Shown piece after piece: positions 21,644-31,824 of a DNA stretch of 64,000 bases (position 1 is its first letter; each line of letters starts with the position of its first letter). The stretch is from a candidate division FCPU426 bacterium (GTDB taxonomy: Bacteria > Oederibacteriota > Muellerivitia > Muellerivitales > Muellerivitaceae): positions 49,821-113,820 of the forward strand of contig CAVYSE010000023.1 of assembly GCA_963771075.1 (NCBI GenBank), read 5' to 3'. The notes beneath the pieces are model-generated. The model had not been told where the DNA came from, searched no databases, and worked only from the letters and a program-made list of their open reading frames with translations. Position numbers and translations under genes: made by a program.

Positions 21644-21693
21644 CCCCGCATTTTCCGTGCCCCGCGGTGGTTGATCGCCAAGTACCCAAGTTT

Positions 21694-23064
21694 TCATGAC
21701 AGGTTGCCTAAAAATATCGTCAAGGGGTGGCTATCCCAATAGCCATCCATGGCGCCTAAGGCATTGATGCTCAAGGAAAGCAGAATCAAGAAAGTAAAAG
21801 CCAATTGGTTCCACTTACTCCACCGCGAAAAGGACTGTAAATTGTAAAGGAGTGGGATCATCAAGAAGGGGAGGATGGGAACGACCTGCCGGGGTCCGTA
21901 ACACCAACATCCGTGCCAATCGATTTCCAGGTCCGCCATGAGGAGAAAATAAATGATGAATCCGGCGCCCCAAACTCGAGCTTCCGCTCCCTCCTTGAAA
22001 AGGAATTCCCTCCACGAAAACAGAACCGGCAGCGCGATAGGTGTAAAGGGTAATATTCCATGATTCCATGAAAACCATAGTCCGAAAAAGCCTTGAAAAA
22101 TGCTTCCGAATTTTTGTACCTCACAAAAGTGCAATGGGGAGCCAAAAAGGGAATTGTTCAGGTATAAATAAAAGGAGAGCGCCATTCCCGGCCCAAGAGT
22201 CATCAGGAATAGGTCCTTCCAACATTTCCGAGCGATCCAGAGCGCTCCGATAGGGAAAATCAATAGGCAGAGAGATGGTTTGATAGCCATGCCGATGCCC
22301 AAAAGGATGCCGGACCAAAAGCCCGAGCGGGCTTGAATCGCGGCAAGGTATCCGGCTAAAGCGAAAAGGACCAGGAAAGGTTCGGTGAAAAGGGTCCGGC
22401 CATAGGCCCAAACCGGCGTACCGAGGAATACGATAAAGGTGGAAAAATTGACGATCCAAGGATTTTTCGTATAACGCCCTATAACTTTTCGATAAAGAAA
22501 AGCCGAAAGGATCACGGCCAAATTCGCGAGAAGTAAGGCGACCGATTCCACGTAAGGGGTGTTACGAATAGGCCACAGGACCAAAGCGAGTAAAAAAGGC
22601 ATTCCATAGGGATGGGCGGGATAGGCGTGGAGGTCCGAACCTTCAATATTGGGTTTTAACTGGGGGATCAAGGATCTGGTTCCGGTTTTTTCCCAAGAGG
22701 ATGGATCAGCATAAATATCAGTCCACCAAAAGGTTTTTCCTGATAAGACATACCAGGCATGCGGATCCAAGGGTAAGCCCGCGTATTTTTTCCCTGCCTG
22801 ATTGGACCCTTCCCAGACCTGATCGTAATTGTTTTTTAAATCCCAGTCCCCATCTTTCAGAAGACTGTTGATCATAATGAGGTAATGGGGTTCATCCCCG
22901 CCCTTGACATAGGGGATCCCTGCGCGAAAGCCGTGGAAAAAAAGGGGAACAAATAGCAATAAAACCAGGCAGGACGCAAAAATTTTTCCGTTCGAGAACA
23001 AATTTAATACCCTGACGGTAATAGGGGATTCTAAGGCCGATCCGGGCTTGGAGTTTGAAGTCAT
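21694..23064 (-). CDS. Polytopic membrane GT-C-type glycosyltransferase (PMT/ArnT-like)
   Basis: GDEPHY motif in the first loop, many TM segments, FTEP, WCYGPR; start could be 23136. Confidence 0.6.
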   Translation of the reverse strand: MTSNSKPGSALESPITVRVLNLFSNGKIFASCLVLLLFVPLFFHGFRAGIPYVKGGDEPHYLIMINSLLKDGDWDLKNNYDQVWEGSNQAGKKYAGLPLDPHAWYVLSGKTFWWTDIYADPSSWEKTGTRSLIPQLKPNIEGSDLHAYPAHPYGMPFLLALVLWPIRNTPYVESVALLLANLAVILSAFLYRKVIGRYTKNPWIVNFSTFIVFLGTPVWAYGRTLFTEPFLVLFALAGYLAAIQARSGFWSGILLGIGMAIKPSLCLLIFPIGALWIARKCWKDLFLMTLGPGMALSFYLYLNNSLFGSPLHFCEVQKFGSIFQGFFGLWFSWNHGILPFTPIALPVLFSWREFLFKEGAEARVWGAGFIIYFLLMADLEIDWHGCWCYGPRQVVPILPFLMIPLLYNLQSFSRWSKWNQLAFTFLILLSLSINALGAMDGYWDSHPLTIFLGNLS

Positions 23065-23232
23065 ATTGAGTTTGCCCCTCTTTGTTTTCTCGATTTTAGT
23101 GTAAATCAAAACACCAAATTTCAGGAGGGGAAACATGGATGTAATTCATCTTGCCTCATTCCTGTCCCGATATAATGTGAAGCCTTGTTCGAAGTGGTTG
23201 AATGGCACGGCCCTGAAAAAAGGAATGAATGC

Positions 23233-24328
23233 ATGAAGATCGCCATTGATACCCGCATGGCCTGGTCCTCGGGTGTGGGAACCTATATTCGAAACTTGGT
23301 TCCAGCCCTTTTAGCCGCCAGGCCTGGGGACAGGTTTTTCCTGCTCGGAAGCAGGGGGGATATGGAACGTTGGCCTGGATTCCATAAACCCAACGCGGTT
23401 TGGGTGGAGACCTCTTCGAAAATCTATACTTTTTCGGAACAGTGGGAAGTGGCCCGGAGGATCCCCAAGGATGCGGACCTATTTTGGTCGCCCTTTTATA
23501 ACGTCCCCCTGCTGTGGAAGGGCAAGCTCCTGGCGACCGTTCACGATGTATTTCATTTAGCCGGGGCCCGGGAAATATCGGGATTCCACCGGCGCTTATA
23601 CGCAAGCTATATGTTCGGACACCTGGCCCGACGGGCGGACTCCATCATATCGTGTTTCCCAGTTCACGAAAAAGGAATTGTTGACCCGGGTGGGCGGGGA
23701 TGCCCTGAAGATGAAGGTGATCCACAATGGCGTGGATACGAATCGGTTCAATATCAAAAAACGAAAACGCCCCCACCCGAAGCCCTATTTGTTATACGTG
23801 GGGAATGTCAAACCCCATAAAAATCTTGGCAGGCTTTTGCAGGCATTCGCTTTATTGAAGGATAGAATCCCCCACGACCTGGTCGTGGTCGGCAAAAAAG
23901 AGGGATTCCTAACGGGTGACCGGAAATCACTCGAAATAGCGAAGGGTTATGGAGGACGGATCCATTTTACCGGCCCCGTTGATGATGTAAGTTTAGGACA
24001 ATATTACGTTTTTTCCGAAATGCTTGTTTTCCCCTCCCTTTACGAGGGGTTCGGTCTTCCCCCGCTGGAGGCGATGGCAAGCGGAATTCCCGTCGCAAGT
24101 TCCTCAGCAGCTTCTCTGCCGGAAGTCTGTGGTGAGGCGGTCCATTATTTTGATCCGTTTAATCCCGCCGAAATGGCAGAAAAAATAGTGGATGTGATCC
24201 AAGATGGGGCACTTCGAAAAAAGTTAATCCGGAAAGGTTTCCAAAGGGTCGAGCAATTTAGCTGGGCTCGATCCGCGAATGAAACGAATAGGCTCATCGA
24301 CGATTTGTTGGTTCCTACAAGAAATTAA
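23233..24328 (+). CDS. GT4 glycosyltransferase (one frameshift near 23655)
   Basis: MKIAIDTR..GVGTY, TVHDV, YVGNVKPHKNL, FPSLYEGFGLPPLEAMASG. Confidence 0.88.
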
Positions 24329-24340
24329 TTCAATGAAAAG

Positions 24341-25723
24341 TTAATCGGGATCTCGGTTCAGAAGCCCGAGGGCCATAAAAAATAGGATCCAATAATCCAG
24401 GCGGGGAAACGTTTGGCAAAGATTCATATTGATGGTGAAGTGGCAAACCAACGCACCCAAAACCAATGCTTTCACCAAGGTGGGTGGCCCGCCTTTCCAG
24501 GCCCTCTTGAGGGAACCGAAAAATCCCCACACAAAAGCGGTGAAACCCAATAATCCTGACTCCATCCCAACTTCCAACCACATGTTATCGGTCGTAACGG
24601 TCACCTTGGCTTCACCGGAGGAATCTCGGGCCACCCCGTTTCCGAGGATGGGATGCTGCGCCCAATCCTTCAATCCTTGAAAATAGGTGTCGATCCTGCC
24701 CTTTTCGCTCTTGTGAGGATCTTGGGGCGGGCCGGTAGCAACTTGTCCCGTCGAAAGGCCTCCGATAAAGGACAAGTATTCTCGGGATGAGGGCGTAACC
24801 GCGAATACCAGGATGGCGAGAGCCGCCCCGGTTATGGTTATCAGAAGGCTTCTTCTAATTTCGGGAAGGGAAAACCGCAAGGAATATCCCCCGACGAAAA
24901 GTAACCCGACGAGAATACCAAGGAATCCGCTTCGGGATCCCACCAGGAGGATCGAACTAAGGATCAGGGCCGACCGAATGGGGATTTTCCGAGACTCCCA
25001 TCGGGACTCGAGGGCCAACGATAAGGGAAATCCAAACGCCAAGGCGCATCCCGCGTAAGAGGGTTCGTAATAAAAGGCGCTCGGGCGGAACAGGAATTGA
25101 TGAAGCCCAACCTGGGTTCCGGATTGGACAAATCCCAAGGGAAAAGGAAGGGGATGAACCAAAAAATTGAGCGGACCGGTAAAGCACCACTGGCCCAGGG
25201 GCGTTGTTGCGCCGAACCAATAGGCCGCAATGGCCTGGACCCATAGGGTTCCCGCAACGGCGAAAAGACCCCACGAGGCACCCTGGAGGGCCTTGTCCCC
25301 GCTTTTCGGGTTCAAGAATACTAAGGCGGCACATGAAATGTTCATGAACCCCCAGCCCACTTTGATCAGGGTAATTTGAGTATTGCCGGAAAGGATGGCC
25401 GCCAGGGCATAGATCAGGAAAAACCATCCCCAATTCGTGAGTACCTGGATGGGAAAGCTTTGTTCCTTGGCTCGGTTGAAAAGAGAATTCCAGTTTTGCC
25501 CCAAGGAAAGCAGCGCGGGCGCCCAAAGGAGGATTTGGCCCCACCGAATATGGAACGGGCCCCATTTTGTGGAAAAATATTGATCCGCGCAGCATAAGTA
25601 GAAAAGCAGGGCAAAAAAGAATACCGTCAGGAAACTTTCCGCTTTTTTGTTGAAGGAGAATGAAACGGGTGTCCTTGTAGGCCCGTTCGCGGGGTCCGCC
25701 TTATCGATACCCTGGAGGTTCAT
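24341..25723 (-). CDS. O-antigen polymerase/ligase family protein (Wzy_C)
   Basis: Multiple TM segments; RPSAFYYEPSY, GSRSG, HPILGNG, NMWLEVGMESGLLG; start could be 25777. Confidence 0.8.
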   Translation of the reverse strand: MNLQGIDKADPANGPTRTPVSFSFNKKAESFLTVFFFALLFYLCCADQYFSTKWGPFHIRWGQILLWAPALLSLGQNWNSLFNRAKEQSFPIQVLTNWGWFFLIYALAAILSGNTQITLIKVGWGFMNISCAALVFLNPKSGDKALQGASWGLFAVAGTLWVQAIAAYWFGATTPLGQWCFTGPLNFLVHPLPFPLGFVQSGTQVGLHQFLFRPSAFYYEPSYAGCALAFGFPLSLALESRWESRKIPIRSALILSSILLVGSRSGFLGILVGLLFVGGYSLRFSLPEIRRSLLITITGAALAILVFAVTPSSREYLSFIGGLSTGQVATGPPQDPHKSEKGRIDTYFQGLKDWAQHPILGNGVARDSSGEAKVTVTTDNMWLEVGMESGLLGFTAFVWGFFGSLKRAWKGGPPTLVKALVLGALVCHFTINMNLCQTFPRLDYWILFFMALGLLNRDPD

Positions 25724-25816
25724 GGGTTCAAATCCATATTTAATCCTTCGAAAGCGAAGGTATACTACCAAAACCATGCGGCCTTAGGCCCGCGATTCAA
25801 GAAAAAGAGCCCTGTA

Positions 25817-26962
25817 ATGATTATCGGAATTGATGGAACATGCCTTTTGGGTGAGCGTACCGGCGCGGGTTGGTACCTGACCCACCTATTGGAGGCTCTC
25901 TCCCATGTGCTGGAGGAGGATAGGGCCTATATCTGGATGAACAACCCGACCCCGGAAGAGAGGGCCCGGGTTTCGGAAAACCGCTTTATTTCCCTGAACG
26001 TGACCCATTATCCCTGGGCCGCGCTCAAACTGACATGGAATACCCTGGGCACTCCCGCCATCGAAAACCTGATCGGCCGTCCCGCGGATGTCTATTTTTA
26101 TCCTAACTTTTTATCCATCCCCCAGAAGCAGGGGAAAAAGGTCCTTTTTGTCCACGATCTCACCCACTTGACCCATCCCCAATGGGTTCCGGAGGAAACG
26201 GGAAAAAACTTGAAGGCTAATTGGGGGAAGCAGGAAGAAACCGCTGACCTGATCCTCACCGCTTCGGATTACAACCGGCAGGAAATACTATCCCATGCCC
26301 CCCGGCTGGGAGAGGGCAAGGTACGCGTGGTCCCCCATGGGGTTCCGTCGAACTTTCAACGGCCCGCGAGCCAGGACAAGGTCAGGACCGTGCGTGAGAC
26401 TTATCGTCTCGCGAAACCCTATTTCCTTTTCGTTGGAAGCCTGGAACCTCGCAAGAATCTGTTGAGGCTGGTGCACGCCTTTCTCCTTTTCAAACAAAAG
26501 TCCCGAATGGACCACCAATTGGTTCTGGCGGGGCCGAAGGGTTATGTGGGGGACGAATTCATGGAATTTCTTTCCTCACCCCAGTTGGTGGATAAGGTGA
26601 GGTGGCTCCACTACATTCCGGAGGAGGACCTGCCGGCTCTTTATACGGGTGCCACGGCATTTGTCTTTCCCTCGCTTAAAGAGGGGTTTGGCTTGCCGCT
26701 GCTGGAAGCGATGGGTTGCGGGTTGCCCATCCTTTGCTCGAACACCGGGGCCATACCGGAAGTGGTGGGCGACGCCGCCTGGATGATGGATCCCATGAAC
26801 GTGACGGATTGGGCCCGGGCCATGGAAAGAGCCGCCTCCGAACCAGCCTTTACGGGGATCCTTTCGGAGAAGGGGAGGACGCGTGTTTCCCTTTTCCGGA
26901 TCGACCAAACGGCCCGGCAGACCCTCGCTGCCCTTAAAATGACCTGTCAAACCTATGTCTAA
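25817..26962 (+). CDS. GT4 glycosyltransferase
   Basis: FVHDL, FVGSLEPRKNL, FPSLKEGFGLPLLEAMGCG. Confidence 0.92.
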   Translation: MIIGIDGTCLLGERTGAGWYLTHLLEALSHVLEEDRAYIWMNNPTPEERARVSENRFISLNVTHYPWAALKLTWNTLGTPAIENLIGRPADVYFYPNFLSIPQKQGKKVLFVHDLTHLTHPQWVPEETGKNLKANWGKQEETADLILTASDYNRQEILSHAPRLGEGKVRVVPHGVPSNFQRPASQDKVRTVRETYRLAKPYFLFVGSLEPRKNLLRLVHAFLLFKQKSRMDHQLVLAGPKGYVGDEFMEFLSSPQLVDKVRWLHYIPEEDLPALYTGATAFVFPSLKEGFGLPLLEAMGCGLPILCSNTGAIPEVVGDAAWMMDPMNVTDWARAMERAASEPAFTGILSEKGRTRVSLFRIDQTARQTLAALKMTCQTYV

Positions 26963-28343
26963 GAACAAGGGAAAAAAGGGTCCGGGCGGGTTGCCCAAGC
27001 GCCCTGCCCCGGTCAAAAAGGGAAAAACCTCCCCTGTCCCAAGGACCCGATCGAAAGGGGTAAGAAAAACTTCCCCTCTCCCGCCTAAAACCAAGGCATC
27101 CGATTTCCGAAAAATTCCAACCCCACCCCCGGGGGGCGGGTTGGTAAGAAATGGGGACCCTCTTCGGCCCATCCCCGGGAGAAACACTGTTTTCGATCCC
27201 GCCTTCCGTTTTGGTTTGGAAGGGCGATTGGGCGATCCGAAAAGGCGTTTTGCCCAAGTCCTGGCGGGAAAACCCAAGGTGACGGCGGTGGTCATCAACC
27301 ATAACGGGGCGGATCTGCTATGGAATTGTCTTTTCGCCCTTCAAACCCAGACCTATCCCCTGGATCAAATTATTGTCGTGGATAACGCCTCCACGGACGC
27401 CAGCCTCCCCTTCCTTGAATCCAATCATCCGAATGTCCGGATTCTGGAATGCCAGGAGAATTTCGGCTTTGCCCTTGGTTGCAACCTGGGGGCCCGAATG
27501 GCGGAAGGGGATCTGGTGGTGTTCCTCCACAATGACACGGTCGCCACCCCGGAATGGGTTTCCCGAATGGTCGCTGCGTTCCAGGAATGGGGGCCCGATA
27601 CGGGAGCGGTCGCATCCGAGGTTCACTTGAGGAAGGGCAAGGGTGATACGGATAAGAAGAACGCCATGAATTTGTTGAGCCTTCCCTTGCGGGGGTTTTA
27701 CATGGATCGGGACCTGAGGTTCGCCCCCACCGGATGCGCCTTTATGGTCTCCCGACTTCTCTTCCCGGAGGGGCCGTTTGAAGGTGACTATTTTTTGGGA
27801 GGGGAGGATGCCCAGGTGGGATTTCGGCTCCAGGACGCCCATCGCCCGGTCGTGCTCGCCCGGGGAGCCAAGGTATTCCACGGGGAAGGTGAAAAACCAT
27901 TCCGCCTGCCGGGCTGGAAAAAGGAATACTACGCCTTTCGAAACCGATACCTGACCCTTCTCACCTTTTACCGCCGGACCACTCTCCTCAAGTTAACGCC
28001 TCTCTTGGCGATGGATGGGATTTCCCAATTGCTGATTGGACTTTTTCTTTCCCCGGAGAAATTCATTGGAACCCTGGCCGGAATGGTTTGGATCCTGACC
28101 CATCCGGGATGGTTGACCAAGAAACGGGCGGGGATCCAGGAGAAAAGGTCCGATGAGGACCGGGCGATTTTGGGAATGTTGAGCGGAAGAATTTTGGATG
28201 GAGAGGGCCTGGGAGCCCGGATCGCCAATTTACTGTCCCTGGTCTACTGCCGTTGGGCCTTTATACCCATCTTGGAATCGATGGATCTCCCTTCCGAGGG
28301 GAATGAACGGAAAAACTTGGAAAACCCAAGTAAAGTTGGGTAA
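26955..28343 (+). CDS. GT2 glycosyltransferase with basic, Pro-rich N-terminal extension
   Basis: VVINHNG, VVDNASTD, NFGFALGCNLG, FLHNDT; first ~100 aa are K/P/G/R-rich. Confidence 0.85.
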   Translation: MSKNKGKKGPGGLPKRPAPVKKGKTSPVPRTRSKGVRKTSPLPPKTKASDFRKIPTPPPGGGLVRNGDPLRPIPGRNTVFDPAFRFGLEGRLGDPKRRFAQVLAGKPKVTAVVINHNGADLLWNCLFALQTQTYPLDQIIVVDNASTDASLPFLESNHPNVRILECQENFGFALGCNLGARMAEGDLVVFLHNDTVATPEWVSRMVAAFQEWGPDTGAVASEVHLRKGKGDTDKKNAMNLLSLPLRGFYMDRDLRFAPTGCAFMVSRLLFPEGPFEGDYFLGGEDAQVGFRLQDAHRPVVLARGAKVFHGEGEKPFRLPGWKKEYYAFRNRYLTLLTFYRRTTLLKLTPLLAMDGISQLLIGLFLSPEKFIGTLAGMVWILTHPGWLTKKRAGIQEKRSDEDRAILGMLSGRILDGEGLGARIANLLSLVYCRWAFIPILESMDLPSEGNERKNLENPSKVG

Positions 28344-28392
28344 ACTCGCATCCTACTTGTTCCAATGTGATTTCAAATCGAGGGCGTTGATC

Positions 28393-28725
28393 ATGGTTCC
28401 AACGAAAACACCGGGTTTCATCAACGACCCTAATCGTTGCCAGGTTTGCACGACGTTTTTGACCCTTTATCCGAAAAGTTTCGCGACCTGTCCCCATTGT
28501 CAGAAGGTGGTTTGCCGCAGATGCTGGGGTGAGGCCTACAATAAAAAACCCTATCCCACCGATTCCTGCGTCCACGAGGTCGAGGAAACCAATATCGAAA
28601 GGTCTCCCCTCGCCAGCCAGAGGAGCCAGGTTAAATGGGATTGGTTTCGCATGGGTTTTGTGGCGGTCCTGGTCCTTTTGACCTTGGGAATATTATTCTT
28701 CCTCTGGAATATCTTCTTCGCCTGA
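28393..28725 (+). CDS. Small Cys-rich zinc-finger protein with C-terminal transmembrane helix
   Basis: CQVC-x13-CPHC-x4-CRRC-x14-CVH followed by a hydrophobic tail; fills the gap between two GT genes. Confidence 0.7.
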   Translation: MVPTKTPGFINDPNRCQVCTTFLTLYPKSFATCPHCQKVVCRRCWGEAYNKKPYPTDSCVHEVEETNIERSPLASQRSQVKWDWFRMGFVAVLVLLTLGILFFLWNIFFA

Positions 28726-28767
28726 AAAATGGCCGAGCCGTGAATTTTCCCATAAGAAAGCTTTAAC

Positions 28768-29871
28768 TTGAAAATCGCCATCGTTCACGACTGGATGACG
28801 GGGATGAGGGGCGGGGAGAAGGTGCTTCTCGCGCTCCTGGAGCTTTTTCCCCAGGCGGACCTTTTCACGCTGGTTTACCGGCCCGACAGGATGGACCCGG
28901 TTTTCCAAAAACGCCGGGTGACCACTTCCTTCCTCCAGAGACTCCCCTTCGGGCGTACTCGCTACCAGTACTATCTTCCACTTTTCTGGGAACTGATGGG
29001 CGGCTTCGATCTTTCATCCTACGACCTGATTGTTTCCTCCAGCTCGGCCTGCGCCAAGTGGGTCCGCAACCCCAAGAAAACCCTCCATGTCTGCTATTGC
29101 CATACGCCCATGCGGTATGTCTGGGATCTTTTTGACGATTACTTCGAGAAAGAGGCGAAGGCACCGGTGCGATGGGCGGCGCGGGCCTTCCGGTCCTACC
29201 TCCAGCGCTGTGACCTGAAATCGAACGAGGGAGTCACCCAGTTCCTGGCCAACTCCAACGAGGTGAAGGAGCGCATTCAAAGGCTCTACGGCCGGGAATC
29301 GGAAGTACTCCATCCGCCTGTGGACGTGGACCATTTCCGGTTGCGGGAAGGGAAGGGGGAATACTTCCTTGCCCTCTCGGCCCTGGTTCCCTATAAAAAA
29401 ATCGAGTTGGCGGTGAGGGTTTGCACGAAAAGGGCCTGGCCTCTCTGGGTGGTGGGGCAGGGCCAGGAGGAAAATAAATTGCGAACCCTGGCTGGCCCCA
29501 CGGTTTTCTTCAAAGGCTGGGCGAAGGAGGAAGAACTGCCGGATATTTACGCCCGCGCTAAGGCGCTGGTTTTCCCGGGCAAGGAGGATTTCGGCATCGT
29601 GCCGGTGGAAGCCATGGCCTGCGGGGTTCCCGTGGTGGCCTTTGGGGAGGGAGGCGTCCTGGATTCGGTCCAGGACGGCGTCACAGGCGTCTTTTTCCAC
29701 AAGCAAACCGAAGAAGCGCTGGAGGAAGCCCTCGAGAAATTCGAGAAGATGGAATTTGATCCCAAGGTTCTCCGCGAGAAGGCCAACCAGTTTTCCAAGG
29801 CCCGGTTTTTGTTCAAGGCGCAGGTGTATTTTCGAAGACTGTTTGGCATCAAGCCAATTGGAGAAGAGTAG
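28768..29871 (+). CDS. GT4 glycosyltransferase (mannosyltransferase-like)
   Basis: KIAIVHDWMTGMRGGEKVL, YCHTPMRYVWD, EDFGIVPVEAMACG. Confidence 0.93.
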   Translation: MKIAIVHDWMTGMRGGEKVLLALLELFPQADLFTLVYRPDRMDPVFQKRRVTTSFLQRLPFGRTRYQYYLPLFWELMGGFDLSSYDLIVSSSSACAKWVRNPKKTLHVCYCHTPMRYVWDLFDDYFEKEAKAPVRWAARAFRSYLQRCDLKSNEGVTQFLANSNEVKERIQRLYGRESEVLHPPVDVDHFRLREGKGEYFLALSALVPYKKIELAVRVCTKRAWPLWVVGQGQEENKLRTLAGPTVFFKGWAKEEELPDIYARAKALVFPGKEDFGIVPVEAMACGVPVVAFGEGGVLDSVQDGVTGVFFHKQTEEALEEALEKFEKMEFDPKVLREKANQFSKARFLFKAQVYFRRLFGIKPIGEE

Positions 29872-29919
29872 TCGACAGTCAACAGTCGGCAGTCGACAGA
29901 AGGCAAACGACAAACGGCA
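29871..29919 (+). repeat. Heptamer tandem array (GTCGACA-like), left arm of the four-helix-bundle gene
   Basis: GTCGACA GTCAACA GTCGGCA GTCGACA GAAGGCA AACGACA AACGGCA. Confidence 0.85.
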
Positions 29920-29951
29920 GACCAAAGTCGCCAACTCCAAAGGAACGGCGT

Positions 29952-30308
29952 ATGTCATCCGATCATGAAAAGTTGGACGTTTGGAAAAAATCGATGAAGC
30001 TTGTCACAGAGATTTACCAAATTAGTCAAAAGTTCCCAAAAGAAGAAATCTATGGTTTAACCAGCCAAATGAGAAGATCGGCCATATCCATACCTAGCAA
30101 CATAGCCGAAGGTAAAGGACGCCACACGAACCCGGAATTTTGCCAATTTCTAATCCATGTGCGGGGATCATTATTGGAACTGGAAACACAATTGCAAATC
30201 GCCTGTAATCTGGGCTATCTGGAAAGCCAAAAGATGGATGATTTAAAAGTTAAAACTGCGGAAATTGGTAAAATGCTAAACGGTTTAATTAAAGCAATCG
30301 GCCGCTGA
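29952..30308 (+). CDS. Four-helix-bundle protein (23S rRNA IVP / Avd-like family)
   Basis: LDVWKKSM.L..EIY....FPKEEIYGLTSQMRRSAISIPSNIAEG.GR, RGSLLELETQL. Confidence 0.93.
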   Translation: MSSDHEKLDVWKKSMKLVTEIYQISQKFPKEEIYGLTSQMRRSAISIPSNIAEGKGRHTNPEFCQFLIHVRGSLLELETQLQIACNLGYLESQKMDDLKVKTAEIGKMLNGLIKAIGR

Positions 30309-30316
30309 GGTTTGGG

Positions 30317-30344
30317 CAGTAACCGTCGACCGTCGACTGCCAAC
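30317..30344 (-). repeat. Heptamer array in inverted orientation, right arm
   Basis: CAGTAAC CGTCGAC CGTCGAC TGCCAAC, the reverse complement of GTTGGCA/GTCGACG units. Confidence 0.8.
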
Positions 30345-30360
30345 TTTCTCGCGAGGTTTT

Positions 30361-31752
30361 ATGAGATTTCCACTCAAATCCCTTTTCGCTTCCATCAGCT
30401 TCGTGCTGGACGGCCTTTTGGTGGCCGGGTGCTTCATGCTGGCCGATTGGATCCGATTTCGATCGGGGTGGTTGAGGGTGGATGAACCCACCTATTACCC
30501 CCATTACCGGACTTTTTTGGCCGCGGTGATGAGTGTTTACTGGCTGGTTTTCAAGTATTTGGGCCTTTATCGAAGCCGCCGGGGTGTCTCCGTAGTGGAT
30601 GAATTGGTTAAGGTCCTTTGGGGGTCCGTCATCGCGACCCTTTTGATCGCGGCCGGGACTTTCCTGGTGCATTTTTTCGCCTTTTCCCGGCTGGTGGTTA
30701 CCTTCGCGGCCGGGTTGATCATTGTCAGCGTGTGGTTCGAAAGAACCCTATTGAGAAGGATACAAATCCTCCTCCGCCGCAATGGAGTGGGTGTCACCCG
30801 CGTCCTGGTGGTGGGTACGGGCGAGACCGCCAAGATATTCCTTCAGCGATTGCGGCATAACCCGGGCCTAGGCTACCGGGTAGTCGGGGTGGTTTCGGAG
30901 GGAAATAAAACCCTTGGGGAAGTGGAAGGGATCCGGGTATTGGGGAACCTGGCCCGTTTCGACCAAGTCATGTCCAAGCACATACCCGACGAGGTGATTT
31001 TCGCCCTGCCCGCTTCCGCCCATGGGGAATTGCTTCCCCTATTGGTGACCCTTCAGGATACCCAGGTGAAATACAAGATCATTTCCGACCTCTTTGGCCT
31101 GATCACCAATCCCCTGGAAAGCGACGTTCTTTTAGACATGCCTGTCTTCGAAATGAAGGAAGCCCCCTTGAACGCCTGGCATAACCGGACGATCAAACGG
31201 ACTTTTGATTTTGTTTTTTCCCTGGTGGCGATCCTGTTGTTGAGCCCGATCTGGATTTTGGTGGCCCTGGGGGTCAAGCTCACCTCGCCCGGCCCCATCC
31301 TGTTCCATCAAAAGCGGGTTGGGAGGGATGGAAGGGTCTTTCACATTCGGAAATTCCGCACCATGCAGGTGGGAACGGAAACCGTGGCCTTTACCGCCCA
31401 AAAGGACCCACGGGTCACGCCTCTTGGCAAGTTCCTGCGCAAGACCAGCCTGGATGAGCTACCCCAGCTCCTGAACGTCTTGACCGGGCGCATGAGCCTG
31501 GTCGGGCCCCGGCCCGAGGTGCCAGGCCTGGTGGAGAAATTCCAAAAAGAGATACCCCGTTATTTTGAGCGCCATCAGGTGAAATCGGGTATCACGGGTT
31601 GGGCCCAGGTGAACGGCTTCCGAGGCAACACGTCCCTGACCGAGAGGGTGAAATACGACATCTATTACATCGAGAACTGGAGCCTTCTGCTCGACATCAA
31701 GATCATCCTAAGGACTGTTTTGGATATTTTGGAGCATGAGCATGCTTATTAA
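30361..31752 (+). CDS. Undecaprenyl-phosphate glucose phosphotransferase (WcaJ/WbaP-like)
   Basis: N-terminal TMs, VLVVGTG, IKRTFD, KFRTM, DPRVT, SLDELPQL, MSLVGPRP, GITGWAQVNG. Confidence 0.95.
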   Translation: MRFPLKSLFASISFVLDGLLVAGCFMLADWIRFRSGWLRVDEPTYYPHYRTFLAAVMSVYWLVFKYLGLYRSRRGVSVVDELVKVLWGSVIATLLIAAGTFLVHFFAFSRLVVTFAAGLIIVSVWFERTLLRRIQILLRRNGVGVTRVLVVGTGETAKIFLQRLRHNPGLGYRVVGVVSEGNKTLGEVEGIRVLGNLARFDQVMSKHIPDEVIFALPASAHGELLPLLVTLQDTQVKYKIISDLFGLITNPLESDVLLDMPVFEMKEAPLNAWHNRTIKRTFDFVFSLVAILLLSPIWILVALGVKLTSPGPILFHQKRVGRDGRVFHIRKFRTMQVGTETVAFTAQKDPRVTPLGKFLRKTSLDELPQLLNVLTGRMSLVGPRPEVPGLVEKFQKEIPRYFERHQVKSGITGWAQVNGFRGNTSLTERVKYDIYYIENWSLLLDIKIILRTVLDILEHEHAY

Positions 31753-31784
31753 GGCAGTCGACGGTCCGCAGTCGACAGTTGGCA
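31751..31784 (+). repeat. Heptamer array (left-arm orientation)
   Basis: AAGGCA GTCGACG GTCCGCA GTCGACA GTTGGCA starting at the stop codon of the priming transferase. Confidence 0.8.
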
Positions 31785-31824
31785 ACAAAGCCGGTTCGAG
31801 TCCAAAGAGGGAACGGTTAATTAG

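Noticed and set aside
29952..30308. 23S rRNA intervening sequence
   Set aside because: The flanks are protein-coding glycan genes; no rRNA sequence is present.
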